A DNA stretch of 62,075 nucleotides, filler included, from Sphacelaria rigidula (lineage: Eukaryota), in assembly GCA_964200075.2 (NCBI GenBank). It is 11 parts of 11 records of this genome, joined end to end, with 100 filler letters (N's around TTAATTAATTAA, not from the genome) between each part and the next. Parts side by side here need not be neighbours in the genome. Positions count along the whole stretch, not along the records: positions 33,917 to 39,468 come from CAXNAA020026389.1; positions 39,569 to 45,120 come from CAXNAA020026390.1; positions 45,221 to 50,772 come from CAXNAA020026391.1; 8 more parts are not named here. The stretch is one strand, 5' to 3'. Positions 36,691-49,534 of the stretch are shown piece after piece (positions within the stretch are counted from its first letter, which is position 1; every line of letters begins with the position of its first letter). Below the pieces are notes generated by a model. The model saw nothing but the letters and a program-made list of their open reading frames with translations. It was not told where the DNA came from and did no database searches. Made by a program: the position numbers and the translations under genes.

Positions 36691-39600
36691 GCAGGGGGGA
36701 AGGAGAAAATCTAAGAAAAAGAACGCGTGTTGAGCAATGATCGTGTATTCGGTACAACAATGATGAATGATTGGCGAAGTAAGTACGAAGGCATGTGTGC
36801 AAGAAGATAAGGAAGCGTATGTGCAATAAAAGCTCTCGAATGAAACACGACGAATACATGCGTAGAAACACCTCAACATATAGAAATGCCACCTGCTAGG
36901 TCACTACACATGTGAAAAGCGCCCAAAGTCTCCTACATGAATAACCAACCTTACTGTTGTCACAACCATCGGGAGCCTTGCCTTGAACGTCATAGACATG
37001 GACCGAACGCCGGCGACAATGGTCGTGACCCGATTGTCCACTCTCGTGAGGTCCATCATCATCTTTTCTAAGTCCTCTTCCATTCCCCCTTCCATATTGT
37101 ACACAGAGTCGTCAATGAGGGCCGCCACATTACTGTACGTGTCTTGCACGCAGTCCACAAGAGCTAGGGGGTTTGCCTGGCGGTGGGATTTGGCCACACG
37201 GAGTTCCGACCCAGTGGTGGGTCGCGCGGGGAGGGGCGGTGGTGGAGAGGGAAAGGATGAATATAGAGCGACTCTAACCTTCATGCTGTTGCGTGTGGGC
37301 ACATTTCAATTGCGTTGGCAGAGAATTGACAGCATTATGAAGGCGGCGCTCGTAAATCCCCGAACCTGGGAAGGCCCTGTTTGTCACCGAGGTGGATCAA
37401 GGAGAACGGAGCCGGCGCCCACATGAGAAAACGGGTTGGCCACCGAAGGTTCGAAAAAATAGTATACATTGCAAATGTCGTGTTGGGAGACATGGTCAGC
37501 TTTTGTATGACGCGAAAGCCGCAGGAAATCGATAAAAAAAAACAACGGAGGCTACACATGTATATGTTAATCACGTTGTCCTCAGTACATGGAATATATA
37601 AGTTGGCGTGAAAGATGCGGAAGATTCAGCGGGCAACGAATGGTTCGAGAAACGTTCATTTTTTTATTTTGATCGCCCTCTCACATTGTCGTCGAAGAAA
37701 ACCGTCACGGCATCGAGATCGCACACCGCATTTTGTGTCGTCGTATCCCATCGGAACCCCTGAAAAAATCACAATGCAAGCGTGAAACGTGAGGAGAGAG
37801 GGAAAGGAAGGGGAGGAGGACGAGCAGGATAGAAACATCTACCGCTCAATGATGTACCATCCTACTCTTTTGTGTAGCATCCTTCATGGTTTTCGAGTTG
37901 AATGCCCAACGAGAAATGGAAAGAGCAAAGACGGTCGGCTGCGAACTCCAAAACGTGATGCATCAACAAACGTCTTCGACGTTGAGCACGGATTTCCGGT
38001 ATTACTGCGAATAGTTCCAGTCTGAAGTGTGGAGATTCAATTCAACGACACGCTGATGGGTTATATCAAGAGGAAAGAGCTACAATCGGGCGTATTCAGA
38101 TACGTGTGCCTGCATACCAGACAGAACCTGTAGCATTAACGGCTGCGAATCCAAAGCAACGGAAAAGTGGGGTGCTCCGACCTAAGGCTGCATGGGTAGA
38201 CACTCGGAGCTTCGGTTGCACCGCGGCGCGCGCCGGACGGTAGCCTGTGGTGGCGTGCCGCTGTAGATTCATCCTTTAGACTTTCTCCGGAGGACTCTGT
38301 CAAGCGGCACATATTCCTAACCACGGTTTTTTCTATGTCGGGCCACTCTGAAAATAACAGCGGATGTGGCCCTCGATATTCGTTCACATGGAGGTGACAA
38401 GCACGCGCCGAAGTTAACTTCGCTGCAACGAATCGTGACGCTAAGAAAGTTTGTGATCCCATGTCTGAATTTCTACTGAGAAGTTCGCTACATCGCAGCC
38501 TTAGGAGAAGACGAAGTCTCGTAGAACATGACGGCGATGGTTTTCCTATTGTTCAACATATTCATGTGTTGCCGCAGAGTGTGAGCTTGTGGGCTTTTGT
38601 TTACACGCGCGTGGTTTGGTCGGGATTTACGCATCAAACCGGTGCACGGATTCATGCACTTGGAGCCGTTAGCAATGCTATCCAGTTGACGATTGCACCG
38701 CATCAATACCTTCACGGGGTCACTACACAAACTGTAGCTTCCAATCATTTGATCGCTCAGGTTACCATCTGGACACGAATGGAGAGCGCTGTAAACGACG
38801 GGTGCATTGGTTCCAGCTTTGTGCCTACAAATGGTGCGTATTGGGGGTCTACTACATCGACGGTGTACGAGTATGAGATAGTCATCATTTCGCAGGTAGT
38901 AGTACTACACAAAAGATGTTGACGCACCAAAAGCAAACACGGGGCTGGATCGTGAAGTTGGTATGTGTCGTCTGCCACCAGCTCGCGGAAAGGATCCTGC
39001 TCAGCCGGGAGGAAAGGGGGGGAGCACACCATGAGCCTACAATAACAAGGGGGGCCACGTGTTGAGAAGAAAACGGAATCTTCAGGACAGTAGTAGTGCT
39101 GTTGAAACAAAAAAATCCAATTTCATCATCGTCGACGACCACCCTGCGGCAGGAATCCGGGCGACGAGTCGGGGAAATAAATCAGACACCGGCGATGAGA
39201 TTGGCAGCGACAAAACATCCTGAATGAATGTACTCATGAAGTATTTGTTTAATTTGTCACGCTCTCGTGCTGTGCGAATGGACTGATGTGCCTGGACTGT
39301 ATCGCTATGTATAACCCTCACAAGAGAAGGTAGGACAAAATCATGTACAGTAGTGGGCGGTCTAACTATTCAGGGGTGTTTTGAGGTTTTCCTCGCTTAC
39401 TGCTCTTCGGAGTGATGCTACGGTAGGGGTACAGAAATAATTTCTGAGGTTAGAATCGTTAGGAGCCCNNNNNNNNNNNNNNNNNNNNNNNNNNNNNNNN
39501 NNNNNNNNNNNNTTAATTAATTAANNNNNNNNNNNNNNNNNNNNNNNNNNNNNNNNNNNNNNNNNNNNAAACGCCTGTTAGTAAATCGAGCTTATATTTT

Positions 39601-41629
39601 GCGCTTTTCCAAATGAGCTTATATTTCGCCCCAGAGGAAGTAGTAATTACACCACCACAGGGTCGACCGGAAAAAAACGGGAAGGAGTGTACATGCTACA
39701 ATGTGGTCATTTTCACGAGGCACTATACCCAGGTGGGCCGTGGAAGGACAAAATGAGCTACCGTCATGAATTCTGCTCATTCCTCTTCCGATGACTCGCG
39801 GTGTGCAGTTAACATGTATGTAGTGAGCGGGGATAAAGAAGCGGTATATAGGCAGTTGATCTCGGTAGCTGAGAATTGCCAGAGACGTACTACACTTTAC
39901 TGTACTATACTGTATGCATGCGCGCCGCAACGCTGATACCCTTCGAGGAGAATTTGCTGCATGCAACAAAGGGGGGAAATGACGGCCCACCCCAACCACA
40001 AAGTGCTGTGTGGCAAGGTGATGGGGACAATAATATCATCCAAAGCCACATGTGGCGGGTGGCCCGCCGGTTGTCACATCCTGTTGGAAGCTCTTTACCG
40101 CGACCCATACTGCTTGCTACATCAGATGTACATTACCTAGTGCGCACCCTGCACCTGAGAATAGATTGGATGAAACGTTCGGTCTTCCTCCTTTTAACGC
40201 TGCGGTTATTATATTACATACGCAGATTTTCAGCAACACGCCACTGTTTGGTGCAGATGCCAGACACGTCATTCCTAACCAGCCTCGTTGGTCGTTCTGG
40301 AGGCCCGGTCACGAAAGGGTTCATCTCACGAGCACCTTGTTACATCCATTTAGCCGCCGGCTCTACATGCCACGAACATGCCCAGACTGCGCACACAACA
40401 ATTGCCTACACACAATTTATCCTTGTCTCGCTCTGGCTGTGTGCCATGATTGTGTCTTGCCGTCGTATTTTCAGCTACTTCCCTTCCTCCTGACGTGCAG
40501 GCTCATACCGTAGGGGTCGACCCATGTCTCTCTCGGTACATGCGTGCCTCCTCTGACATTTTGGTCCGCCGGTTAGATAAGCTCCCCCGCGCACCGCGTC
40601 AACGCTCGTCCAATTCACTCTTTTACTTTTTCACGCCCTTACCGCTAGCCATCGACTCCATCTGCTCTCTTTTTCGCTCGTTTTTTGCTTTATTTTTGTT
40701 CCTTCGCTTTTCTTCGCTTTCCTGAGCTTTTCCTGCGTTATTCTTTGCGCCTTTTTTGCTTTTGTGCGTCATTTTTTTTTGTTTTCTGTATCTTTTTTGT
40801 TTTTTGCCCCTGTTTTTGTACGTCGAAGTTAAGCTGGGCTAGCAATACTCGTACGGTGGCGGACCGCGTGGGGAGCCCTGATTTGACTCGACTTTTGAAC
40901 AGAGCTCCCCACATGGTCCCCGCCCCCCACCGTAGTACTAGCCTGGCTTGACTTTTGACGTGAAACATGAAACATGAACGTGTGACGTGTAGAGCCCTGA
41001 AAGGAGGAGGTCTGTCTGTCTGTCTACCTGCAGTTTTTTTGCCCGGGGAAATCGCAAGTCTGCGCTGTCCTGTCGGAAATCAGCGCCACTTATACGCAAT
41101 CCTCTTCAAAATCTACTGTATTTTCTGAAAATCCGCGATATACGTGGGTTTTCATGCTGTTTTTTCGCGACCATTTTTCCGCGCAAAAATCCGGAATTCT
41201 GCTTTTTCTGGGACCGGAGATGGCATCAATGGCTACTTACAGCGTGAACGTCAACCAGGTGTTGCTCAACAGACCGTATCTATCGGGACTTGAAGCGGCG
41301 ACCTTCTGCTCCGAGGGCTGACCTTAGCCCTTTGATGGCGAGCATGGGTTATCTTCATCTGTTGGATCAGCATCAATTTCACTTGAAAAAAGTATGCATG
41401 GCCAAGATGGACTACCCTTGCGGCTCAGGGGTTTATGAGGCACAAAAGTGATTTCCAAAAAATTAAATAATCGAGCAAGGAAGCTTGGCTGCCCACAACG
41501 ACCAGTTTGCTTCGTAACGACCAAACACAAAAAATACTTTTTTTGGAAGAGCGGCCTTTCTTTCGGCGCTAAACGCAGTCGGAAACGGCCCCGGAAATCC
41601 CAACGGGCGTAACAGAATAGCATGACTGA

Positions 41630-42614
41630 GGCCGCTTCTTATAGACTGAAAAAAGTCTCTGAGAAAAGTCATTTTGGACAACTTTTCTCAGAGAATTTCT
41701 CCAGAGAAATCAGTTTTCAGAACCTCACCGTATAGTCTATGAAAAAATCCTGGGGATTTGTACACCCGAGGCCATCATCTAGCCTGCGTGCAGACGCTGG
41801 TAGTGGTCATCGTTTGCATTTTGTGCTTGTGCCACCTGCGGTAAAGCGGTAAACCAACTCGTAAATAATCCTGTCAAGGTACAGGATGGATGGGATGGCA
41901 ACACACACACATACACACACACAGTAGCTACTGGTATAGTCGGGATCGAAATGATGGGCGTATCAACCCTTACTTCAGCCCATCGCCGCTTGGTACAGTA
42001 GTCGTGTCGCAAGCGGCGGAATGTGTGCAGCAGACGGTTTGTGCCATACCGCACACAAAACTTCACGTGACAGTTAGTAGTGCGGTAGTAACCGTCTCAG
42101 TACGCAAAATACTACAGAGTTCGCAATCGGTGGCGGGCACGACGAGCATGGAACGATACGAGCGTAGTCAACGCAGCCAGCAGGGGCGACATCGTGCTAT
42201 TTTACGGTTGTAACGCTGCCGGCAGAAAAACAGTGCACTGTACTGTACTGTAATGTCTGTCCCTGGTTCTACGGTCACGAAAAGGATGCACGGAGTGCTG
42301 CAGCAGCTATGCTGTTGGCGCTGTACTGTACGTACAACATGAACCACTACTTTTGCACTGACTGTACCATTGCGGGTGCGGTGTGCGAGGAGTGTGTGAT
42401 GGAACGACAATTCGCGGGCTGAGAAAAGTCTCTGCGAATCGCCATCGATTCGCAGAGAGATTTCGCAAAATCCCGCTGTCTGTAAATTATGGCCAATTTC
42501 CAGAGGCTTTTTTCACGAAAAATGGCACTATAAGGTCGCGTTCTGAAAAAAGTCTCTGGCGATTGATCAAAATGACTTTTCTCAGAGACTTTTTTCAGTC
42601 TATAAGAAGCGGCC
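41630..42614. mobile_element. PIF/Harbinger-like MITE, 985 bp
   Basis: Perfect 47-bp TIR GGCCGCTTCTTATAGACTGAAAAAAGTCTCTGAGAAAAGTCATTTTG; 3-bp TSD TGA on both sides. Confidence 0.9.
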
Positions 42615-42617
42615 TGA

Positions 42618-43020
42618 GGGCGTGTCTTGGGTCGTGTCTAGGGTCCGGTCTTGGCAAATTAGTTTTCGATTGAAAAAGTGCGGTGGAAAAAACAAAAATC
42701 CCGATCTGATAAGTCGCAATTTCAATCATCGTTGATTTTGAAGATGGTTGAAATCGCGACCTATCAGATCGGGATTTTTGTTTTCCACCGCACTTTTTCG
42801 ATCGAATACTCATGGGCTATGAAAGGCCCTGAGCACGACAGTTTTCGATCGAAATTGTGCGGTGGAAAAAAAAAATGCCGATCTGATAGGTTATAATGTC
42901 GATCATCGTTGATGATTTTCAAGATGGTTGAAATCACGACCTGTCAGATCGGGATTTTTGTTTTCCACCGCACTTTTTCATTCGAAAACTCATGCGCCAA
43001 GACACGGTCTGGGACACGTT
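42618..43020. repeat. Double-hairpin element (two tandem palindromic units of about 145 bp); fragments at about 43590-43750 and 44240-44335
   Basis: GTGCGGTGGAAAAAA...CCGATCTGATA...TCAGATCGGGATTTTTGTTTT.CCACCGCAC at about 42662-42810 and 42841-42990. Confidence 0.8.
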
Positions 43021-44511
43021 ACACCTACACTACCCAGCCCGAACAAGGACGCAGAGACACCCACTCCACAATGTCATCACACCCATGATAGCGCTGCTAG
43101 CTCTTGCTTACTATACAGGATGCCATATGTTCCACGGTGAATCCGCTCGGCATTAGAAGGGGGCCGGGCGGGTGTGTGTTGCACGGTGCCTGTCTGCTAT
43201 AAATCATCGTGTCTCCTCTAAGTCTGAACCGATTTTTCCGGAGCTAGAAACGATGTACTCAGCCGATCAATACCTACGGCTCGAGCTTTTTATTGTCTAT
43301 CCTGAGGCACGGAGCTCACAAGTTGATGTGAGCTTGTGCCTCAGGTCCAGGCTGTGTGGCAACAGTGTGACATGTGACAGGCGTATGCCACTCCAAGGGT
43401 AATTGCGCCGCGGGTTCACGTTGCCCTTCATGGCGACCAGCCCAGTTTCATGGTTTATTCGAACAAGATAGCCTCGACGTCATCACCTATCATATACACC
43501 CAGACTCGAATGGAGGGTTTCCGATAGGAGGAGGTTCCCTGGAACAGCCAATATCGTGGTTGAAGGCGTGTCTCCGCACTTTCTTTCCCGATTGCAAACG
43601 TGCGGTCGATTTTTTTTTGCCGATCTGATAGGTCCACCGCATTTGTGTTCCTAGAAGGCTTCGGCTCAAAATTATAATTAGCGGCGCGCGGAGAAAAAAT
43701 ATTCGAGACGCAAAAAAAATCGTTATCGATCGGAAACATGCGGTCGAAAGGCACGAGGCGGCACTAGACTCCTATCTCACAGACCACCAAGCTAGAGAAC
43801 ACCCGTTCACAGGACCATGCAGACTCCAACTCATTCTCAGCCACCACTGCAACCCTGGAGCAAAGAGCACGAGTTGATCCCAGGGATGGATGCACTGCAG
43901 TTGTTGGGTATGCTGTTTATTTTTTGTCGGCGAAAACTCGCGCATCTTCTTTCCTAATAGGGATCGGCGACGGGACTGCGTGATACGGTGGGCAACCGAG
44001 CTGCAGGCACGCTCATGGGCAGTGCAGGCAATACAAAGCTGCAAGTTGCTCAAGTCCTTCTCACGTCGTATTGTAAGCAGAGGGAACTGATAGTCCTGGG
44101 CTGTATGCACTGAACGTTGTCCGCTTGTATTTTATACCGTTTCACGAATTTCATCATCTCTTTTCGATCGGAAGCTTGAAAATCCATCTGGACCCAACTA
44201 CATCAAGACGAGAAGGTTTCGCTCAGATCGATTCCACCGCCCCATTTTTTTGATCAAATTTTTTCGACGATAGTTGAAATTACGACCCATCAGATGAGGA
44301 TTTTTTCTCCACCGCACATTTTCGATCGAAACCTAATGTGCTAAGATAAGACAGGGCCTTAGACACGCCCTGATGATCAGAACATCGTGTAAGCCTAGCC
44401 TCAATACAGAGAGTTTCCGATAGGCGAATACTTCCTCGAACAACCAGTATCATGGTTAATGATGCGAACAAGGTGACCCGCGGATAGCCTGAAGAAATAA
44501 CTCCACAACAA

Positions 44512-44969
44512 GGCCGCTCCTTGTAATAGACAGAAATATAAATCTGGAAAAGTGCCTTTTTGGAGATTTTACGTCGTTTTACGCTCCAACAGAGAGCCAG
44601 GCGGAAATTGACACCTTGGAATGACTTGCCCTACTTTTTGAAGCGGTTCCAGGACATTTTCCCGTTTTCCTGTGGCCGCAATTTTTTATTTCGGCCAAAC
44701 AAGAATTTTTGTCCAAAAACGGTAGAAAACAGTCAAATCTAGAAAAAAATCGCCACTTTTCTCTGGACTTGACTGTTTTTTACTGCTCCTGGACGAAAAT
44801 TCTTCCTTGGCCAAAATGGGAACATGTCCTGGAACCACATAAGCTTGTAGAGCAAGTCATTCCAAAATGTCAAACTCTACTTACCTCTCTTTTGGGGCGT
44901 GAAACGACGTAAAAGCTCCAAAAAGGCACTTTCCCGGATTTTTATTTTTGTCTGTTATCAGGAGCGGCC
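44512..44969. mobile_element. Palindromic Harbinger-like MITE
   Basis: GGCCGCTCCT...AGGAGCGGCC termini, about 200-bp imperfect arms, flanks CAA/TAA. Confidence 0.8.
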
Positions 44970-45521
44970 TAACCGACGAAAAAAAAAGCGCCGCCGCTTT
45001 TCTTTTACTTGGAGGGTGTACTCATGATCACGCATACCATAGTCGTACGAGCTGGGCCAGCCTAGAGGCGGATTTGAAGTTTGCAGGCCCATGCTCTTTT
45101 ATACATTTAGAGTTGGGCCCNNNNNNNNNNNNNNNNNNNNNNNNNNNNNNNNNNNNNNNNNNNNTTAATTAATTAANNNNNNNNNNNNNNNNNNNNNNNN
45201 NNNNNNNNNNNNNNNNNNNNCATTTGGATGACAGCCTACAATGAGTTGCTTTATCTTCTGGTATCGCCACTCCCAGAGACAGCTGATGGGGAGGGGGGAG
45301 GGGGGGGGCAACAAGAAGCGGTCAATGAGGGGAGTCATGTGTGCTGTAGCACATTGGTAACAGACAGGCAGGCAGGCGAACGACAGAGGTGGACAGATGA
45401 AGAGTAACATGCCATTATTTCCCGAACATGTACATCGCGCCGTCCACGCCACAGGCCTCGCTTGCTGAGTCCCACGGGATAAACTAGAACATGGGTCTAA
45501 AACAATCGAATGACAACGATC

Positions 45522-45780
45522 GCCGCGCCCCGGTGGTCTGTCTAACGGTCTGGCTGTCACCATTAGGGGAGCGAGAACGTGGGTTCGATTCCCGACGCGT
45601 TGAGTTTGTTTCTTCGAAGTATCTGACTCCCACCGTCGAAAGCGTGGGTGCGTGAGTGCTGACCTAATTCGCGAGACCAAAATGCAAGGCGTGTACCGGG
45701 GAGAGATGCATTGATCCCTTGAAACCACGAACTCGTCCCGAGGGGGGAGGGGGGGGGAACCAAGTGCGACGAAAAACAAA
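45522..45780 (+). mobile_element. tRNA-derived SINE (family B; Asp-GTC-like loop CTGTCAC) lying in the TBP-like gene's third intron
   Basis: GGTGGTCTGTCTAACGG...GGGTTCGATTCCC head; 3' end AAGTGCGACGAAAAAC; homologous to 54340-54733. Confidence 0.75.
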
Positions 45781-45832
45781 TGACCTTGAATGCATTTTTG
45801 GCCCAGCACGAACATCAGCCTTCGGCACCCAC

Positions 45833-46019
45833 CTTGCCCGACACGAAGATGAGGAGGCATATCTTTGGTTGTGCGAGGCGGTAAATTAACCCCGGGAATA
45901 ACTCGGGTTCGTAGTTGCAGTGCTCGCGATGCGCCGAGACATGTAAGCCCTCCAGGCGTATGGGAAAGCCTAGATCCGTAGTGGCAACCATGTTATGCAC
46001 CGTTCGGTGAGTTGCCAAA
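45833..46019 (-). CDS. TBP: TBP-like protein, third identified exon (second core repeat)
   Basis: Acceptor TTTTTACTTGAACAG, phase 2 matching the previous exon. Encodes (N)[62 protein letters not shown]. Donor AAG|GTGGGT. The final VVLTG exon is not in this contig. Confidence 0.93.
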
Positions 46020-46917
46020 CTGTTCAAGTAAAAAGCGAGGTGGGTTCAGGCGATTGGGAGTGGGAACACGGGGCATGGGATACAGATATGAGTATCGGCC
46101 TGCACGGTCGCGCCTCGGCATCATTAGGAGGTTCAGTACCGCATTTATCGGGGGTAGTTGCGCGATTGTGATCTTGAGCAAAGCGGCAAGGGAGCTAGCT
46201 GCATACATCATCACACGGTACCATCGTACACCTGTGCGGTCATGGAGCGCATCAAAGCTGTACGTGAAATTGAATTTTCTCAAGACTGAAGCATTGGCGG
46301 CGAGTGTGAAAAAAGTGAACATGAACTTCCTTCACGATGGACACTATTCACCCAACACCTGATGCTGAAGAGTAAGATTGCCAATCAACCTGTAAGTGGT
46401 TCTATGCAGGCGTATTTAGTCAATGACCGGCTTACCCTTGTTGATGATCCTGCTTTTTTCAATGCGTCTGGGCGCGTGTTCGTTGACATTTTACACAACG
46501 CACGTTCCGGTCTACTGTACAGCCCGGGTGATGGAAGTTTGTTTTCAAGCCAGGTTCTCTCCGCAACTACCCTGTACTGGCGTCACGTGTATACCAACAA
46601 CCGACGACAAAAAAATGCATCGAATTAAGCGATCCCTCGAGATACAGTATTTTACTCTAGCGTAATCGGTGTGAACGTTTGGAGCAATCCATCAGGGTCT
46701 CGTATATTGAAATCAAGACGCTTCACCTTGGCGCTCAAAGTTGGAATGTGTTGGGGTAGGGCAGGGGGTGGGGTATCATCCATGGAATGTCGTGCTACCC
46801 TCTGAGATGCAGCTACTGTATGATCCAGTGTGAGGTGTGCGGATAGATCGAGGAGCTTTAACTGCAGGCAGCAAGCCTTTCTCCCCTACAGGATGGGCAT
46901 TAGGTACGAGTTTATCG

Positions 46918-47305
46918 AGTGTATTGTGCATTGTCGCCCCATCCATTCTAGACGCCAGTCTACACCTTTCGTAATATATGGACGCATCCGTCGGGGTCAC
47001 ACAGGAAGGCCTGCACAGGAGTTTTTTCTTCGTTCTCTATGTTTTAGCACTCCACCTTCCTTCTGCGGTGCTTGCTTTATTTCTTATCGCGAGAGGGGTT
47101 CAGCGGTCTGTTTCCCTCGTCGATCGTGAAGTCGAATTATTTGTACCCACGACATAGTCGCTCTCCATTTAGTCGCTCTCTATTTTGGGCATGGTGTGAG
47201 AAAAAATCCCAGTTGGTGTGATCGTGTGACTGCACCGAGATGCGAACCCACGACCCAACCGTCAGAAGACGCGAGGTTACCAACTGAGCCACTGGGGCGA
47301 CCGGC
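46918..47305 (-). mobile_element. tRNA-Arg(TCT)-derived SINE (family A) in a TBP-like intron
   Basis: Reverse complement CAGTGGCTCAGTTGGTAACCTCGCGTCTTCTGACGGTTGGGTCGTGGGTTCGCATC; body colinear with 26156-26537. Confidence 0.85.
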
Positions 47306-48675
47306 AATTGTGAGATCAATTTACTTGGATTCAGTGCTGTGTAAAAACACTTAGATGAAGTGTGGTCAAGAACTCATTGGTCCTAGTGTGGTGAACAGCT
47401 ATCTGATTTCAATGGAATCAATAACCGCTTGGTCTCAGGATGTTCATAAACTACTTGATTTCAGTATAGTCAAATTACCCACTTGATTTCCAGAATGCCC
47501 CCCTCTCCTCCCTCGGCCTCTCACAATGAACCTTTACGCCAAAGGAGGGAGATGACAAAGGGTTCGCAGTTGGTATAGTCCCTTTGGTAAATCCGTATTC
47601 CAGACAGATTGAGATGGAAGTGTTCCAGCCCGCCAGTTCGTCGTGGGGAGCTGCAGGGTTGGAGGCTGGAGCGGTTCAGGACTGCGAGTGTACACCTGGA
47701 GGTTCAGCCTCTGTGGAGTAGTACATTGGAATAGAGACAACTAAAACAGTCGGTATACAAGAGAGTCAGTGTGTAGTGTAGCGGAGGAATTTTCAACGAT
47801 TCGTTGTTTCCACTGGGCAATATTCGGCGGTGTGCGGCTTTTGGTCTCATGACTTCGAGAATACAGAGAGGTAGTGTCCCTGGGTATATGACGGGTACAT
47901 TGTTCCTTCGTCTGTTCATCGCTGGGCATTCATGCGAATCAGAAAACATGTAAGTGCGAGCACACGGGGGGAACGCGAAGCGCGCGCTGCTTGGCCGCTC
48001 CAAACCAACGGTGAAATGAACGCGATTATTGTTGGTTATACTATTGGTGCCTTGACTGCAATGTTGACATTGGCCTCTCGGTTTCTTGCGACGGTCCACC
48101 ATTCAGGTAGTGAGTATCTCAGGCAACCAAAGCAGTGGGCGCACGGCACTGCGGGAAGAGTGCCAAAGCTCGCAAATCAATTCGAGATACCGATGAGTGT
48201 ATTTTTCGTACTTTTTCAACTCTCGAACAAATCCTGGGGACTATCGTTGGAATTTATTCCTCCGGAGGGGGGGGGGGGGGGGGGGGAGTTTTTCTTTTAT
48301 TTTTTTTTTGTCACATGTTTGATTGCGGACAAAGTACTTTTCTCTCAGATTTATTTNNNNNNNNNNGCCGCGCGGCTGGTTGTGGGGTGCTGGGGGTGGG
48401 GGGGGGGGGGGGGGGTGGGGGGGCGGGTGGTGGCCAGTCTTCTACAATATTTTGTACGTACACATGTTCGCTTCCCGCAAAAGTAATTTCACCACGACTT
48501 CATTGACCGCCTCCTCTACCGGCTGATTCGATTCCTGGTTTAGTTCATTTCGTTCGTATCCACTCTTGATTCGAAAATCGAGTCTGCCGGAACTCCTAGG
48601 TCAGGGGGCGTCGACGATCCCACAGTGACCCAAGACATGGCTGCAAGACCAAGTTATAGAATTTTGGATGCTTAC

Positions 48676-48839
48676 TTGAATCTGCTCGTGTCGTTACCGA
48701 GCTTGCCCAGAATAGCAGCAAATTTCGCGCAAGCGTAGTCAACAGCCCTGTTGCTGTGGGCCCCGGTAACCACCACCTTGCCCGTCTTGAACACCAGCGC
48801 AGTTGCCTTGGGCTCTCTCTTGTCTATCAGCCGAATAAC
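48676..48839 (-). CDS. TBP: TBP-like protein, second identified exon
   Basis: Acceptor CTGCAG|GTT. Encodes VIRLIDKREPKATALVFKTGKVVVTGAHSNRAVDYACAKFAAILGKLGNDTSRF. Donor AA|GTAAGC (phase 2). Confidence 0.93.
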
Positions 48840-49534
48840 CTGCAGTGGGTGGAATTTTTCGGGTCGACGGGATGTGTCGTTGTATAGCGTATCGGTCCAC
48901 GTAATACGGTTATGCATTGAATGGAATATTGATTCACGTACGGTGATGCACCGTACAGCGTATCGGTCCACTTGCGGTAATGCGGTACTATTGTAGACCA
49001 TAGACCAGGTTCATCCGCGCATGCAGAAAATGGATTATGGGCCATACAATATGCAACGGTCGGTCCGCTCCAGTGCAGGGTTCTTCACAAAAATGCAGTC
49101 TGCATTGTGGATGTACTCGTAAGCTCTGCTGTAAGTGAAATACTTTCTTGTCTTGTAGTATAATAGCACGACAGTCAGCATCGCACGGCAGCAGCGGAAT
49201 ACGATACATAAAGGCCAACAAAAAACACAGTGGTGTCTTCCGACTACAGACAGTACCCGGAAAACAATGTTGCCGTTTTTCTTCAAGTATACAGATCTCG
49301 GGCACGTTATACGCTGCCGTGGGGCATGCAATCTGAGCAATCCGATTTAAATATGAACATTGAGATCGAGTGAAGTTGAGCTCGAGGTTTTGATCCTTGG
49401 CGGCACAAGGAGACAATTCCCAATTCCAAAACATGACATGACACGAAGAGAGTCTGCGGTATCATTTACCGTATACTGTACGAAGTACACAGAGGAGGAC
49501 AGGTTTGATGAAACAAACAAAGTAAGATACTCAC

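Noticed and set aside
38130..39170. Gene or endogenous viral fragment
   Set aside because: Overlapping short ORFs on both strands with no recognisable domain or consistent splice structure.
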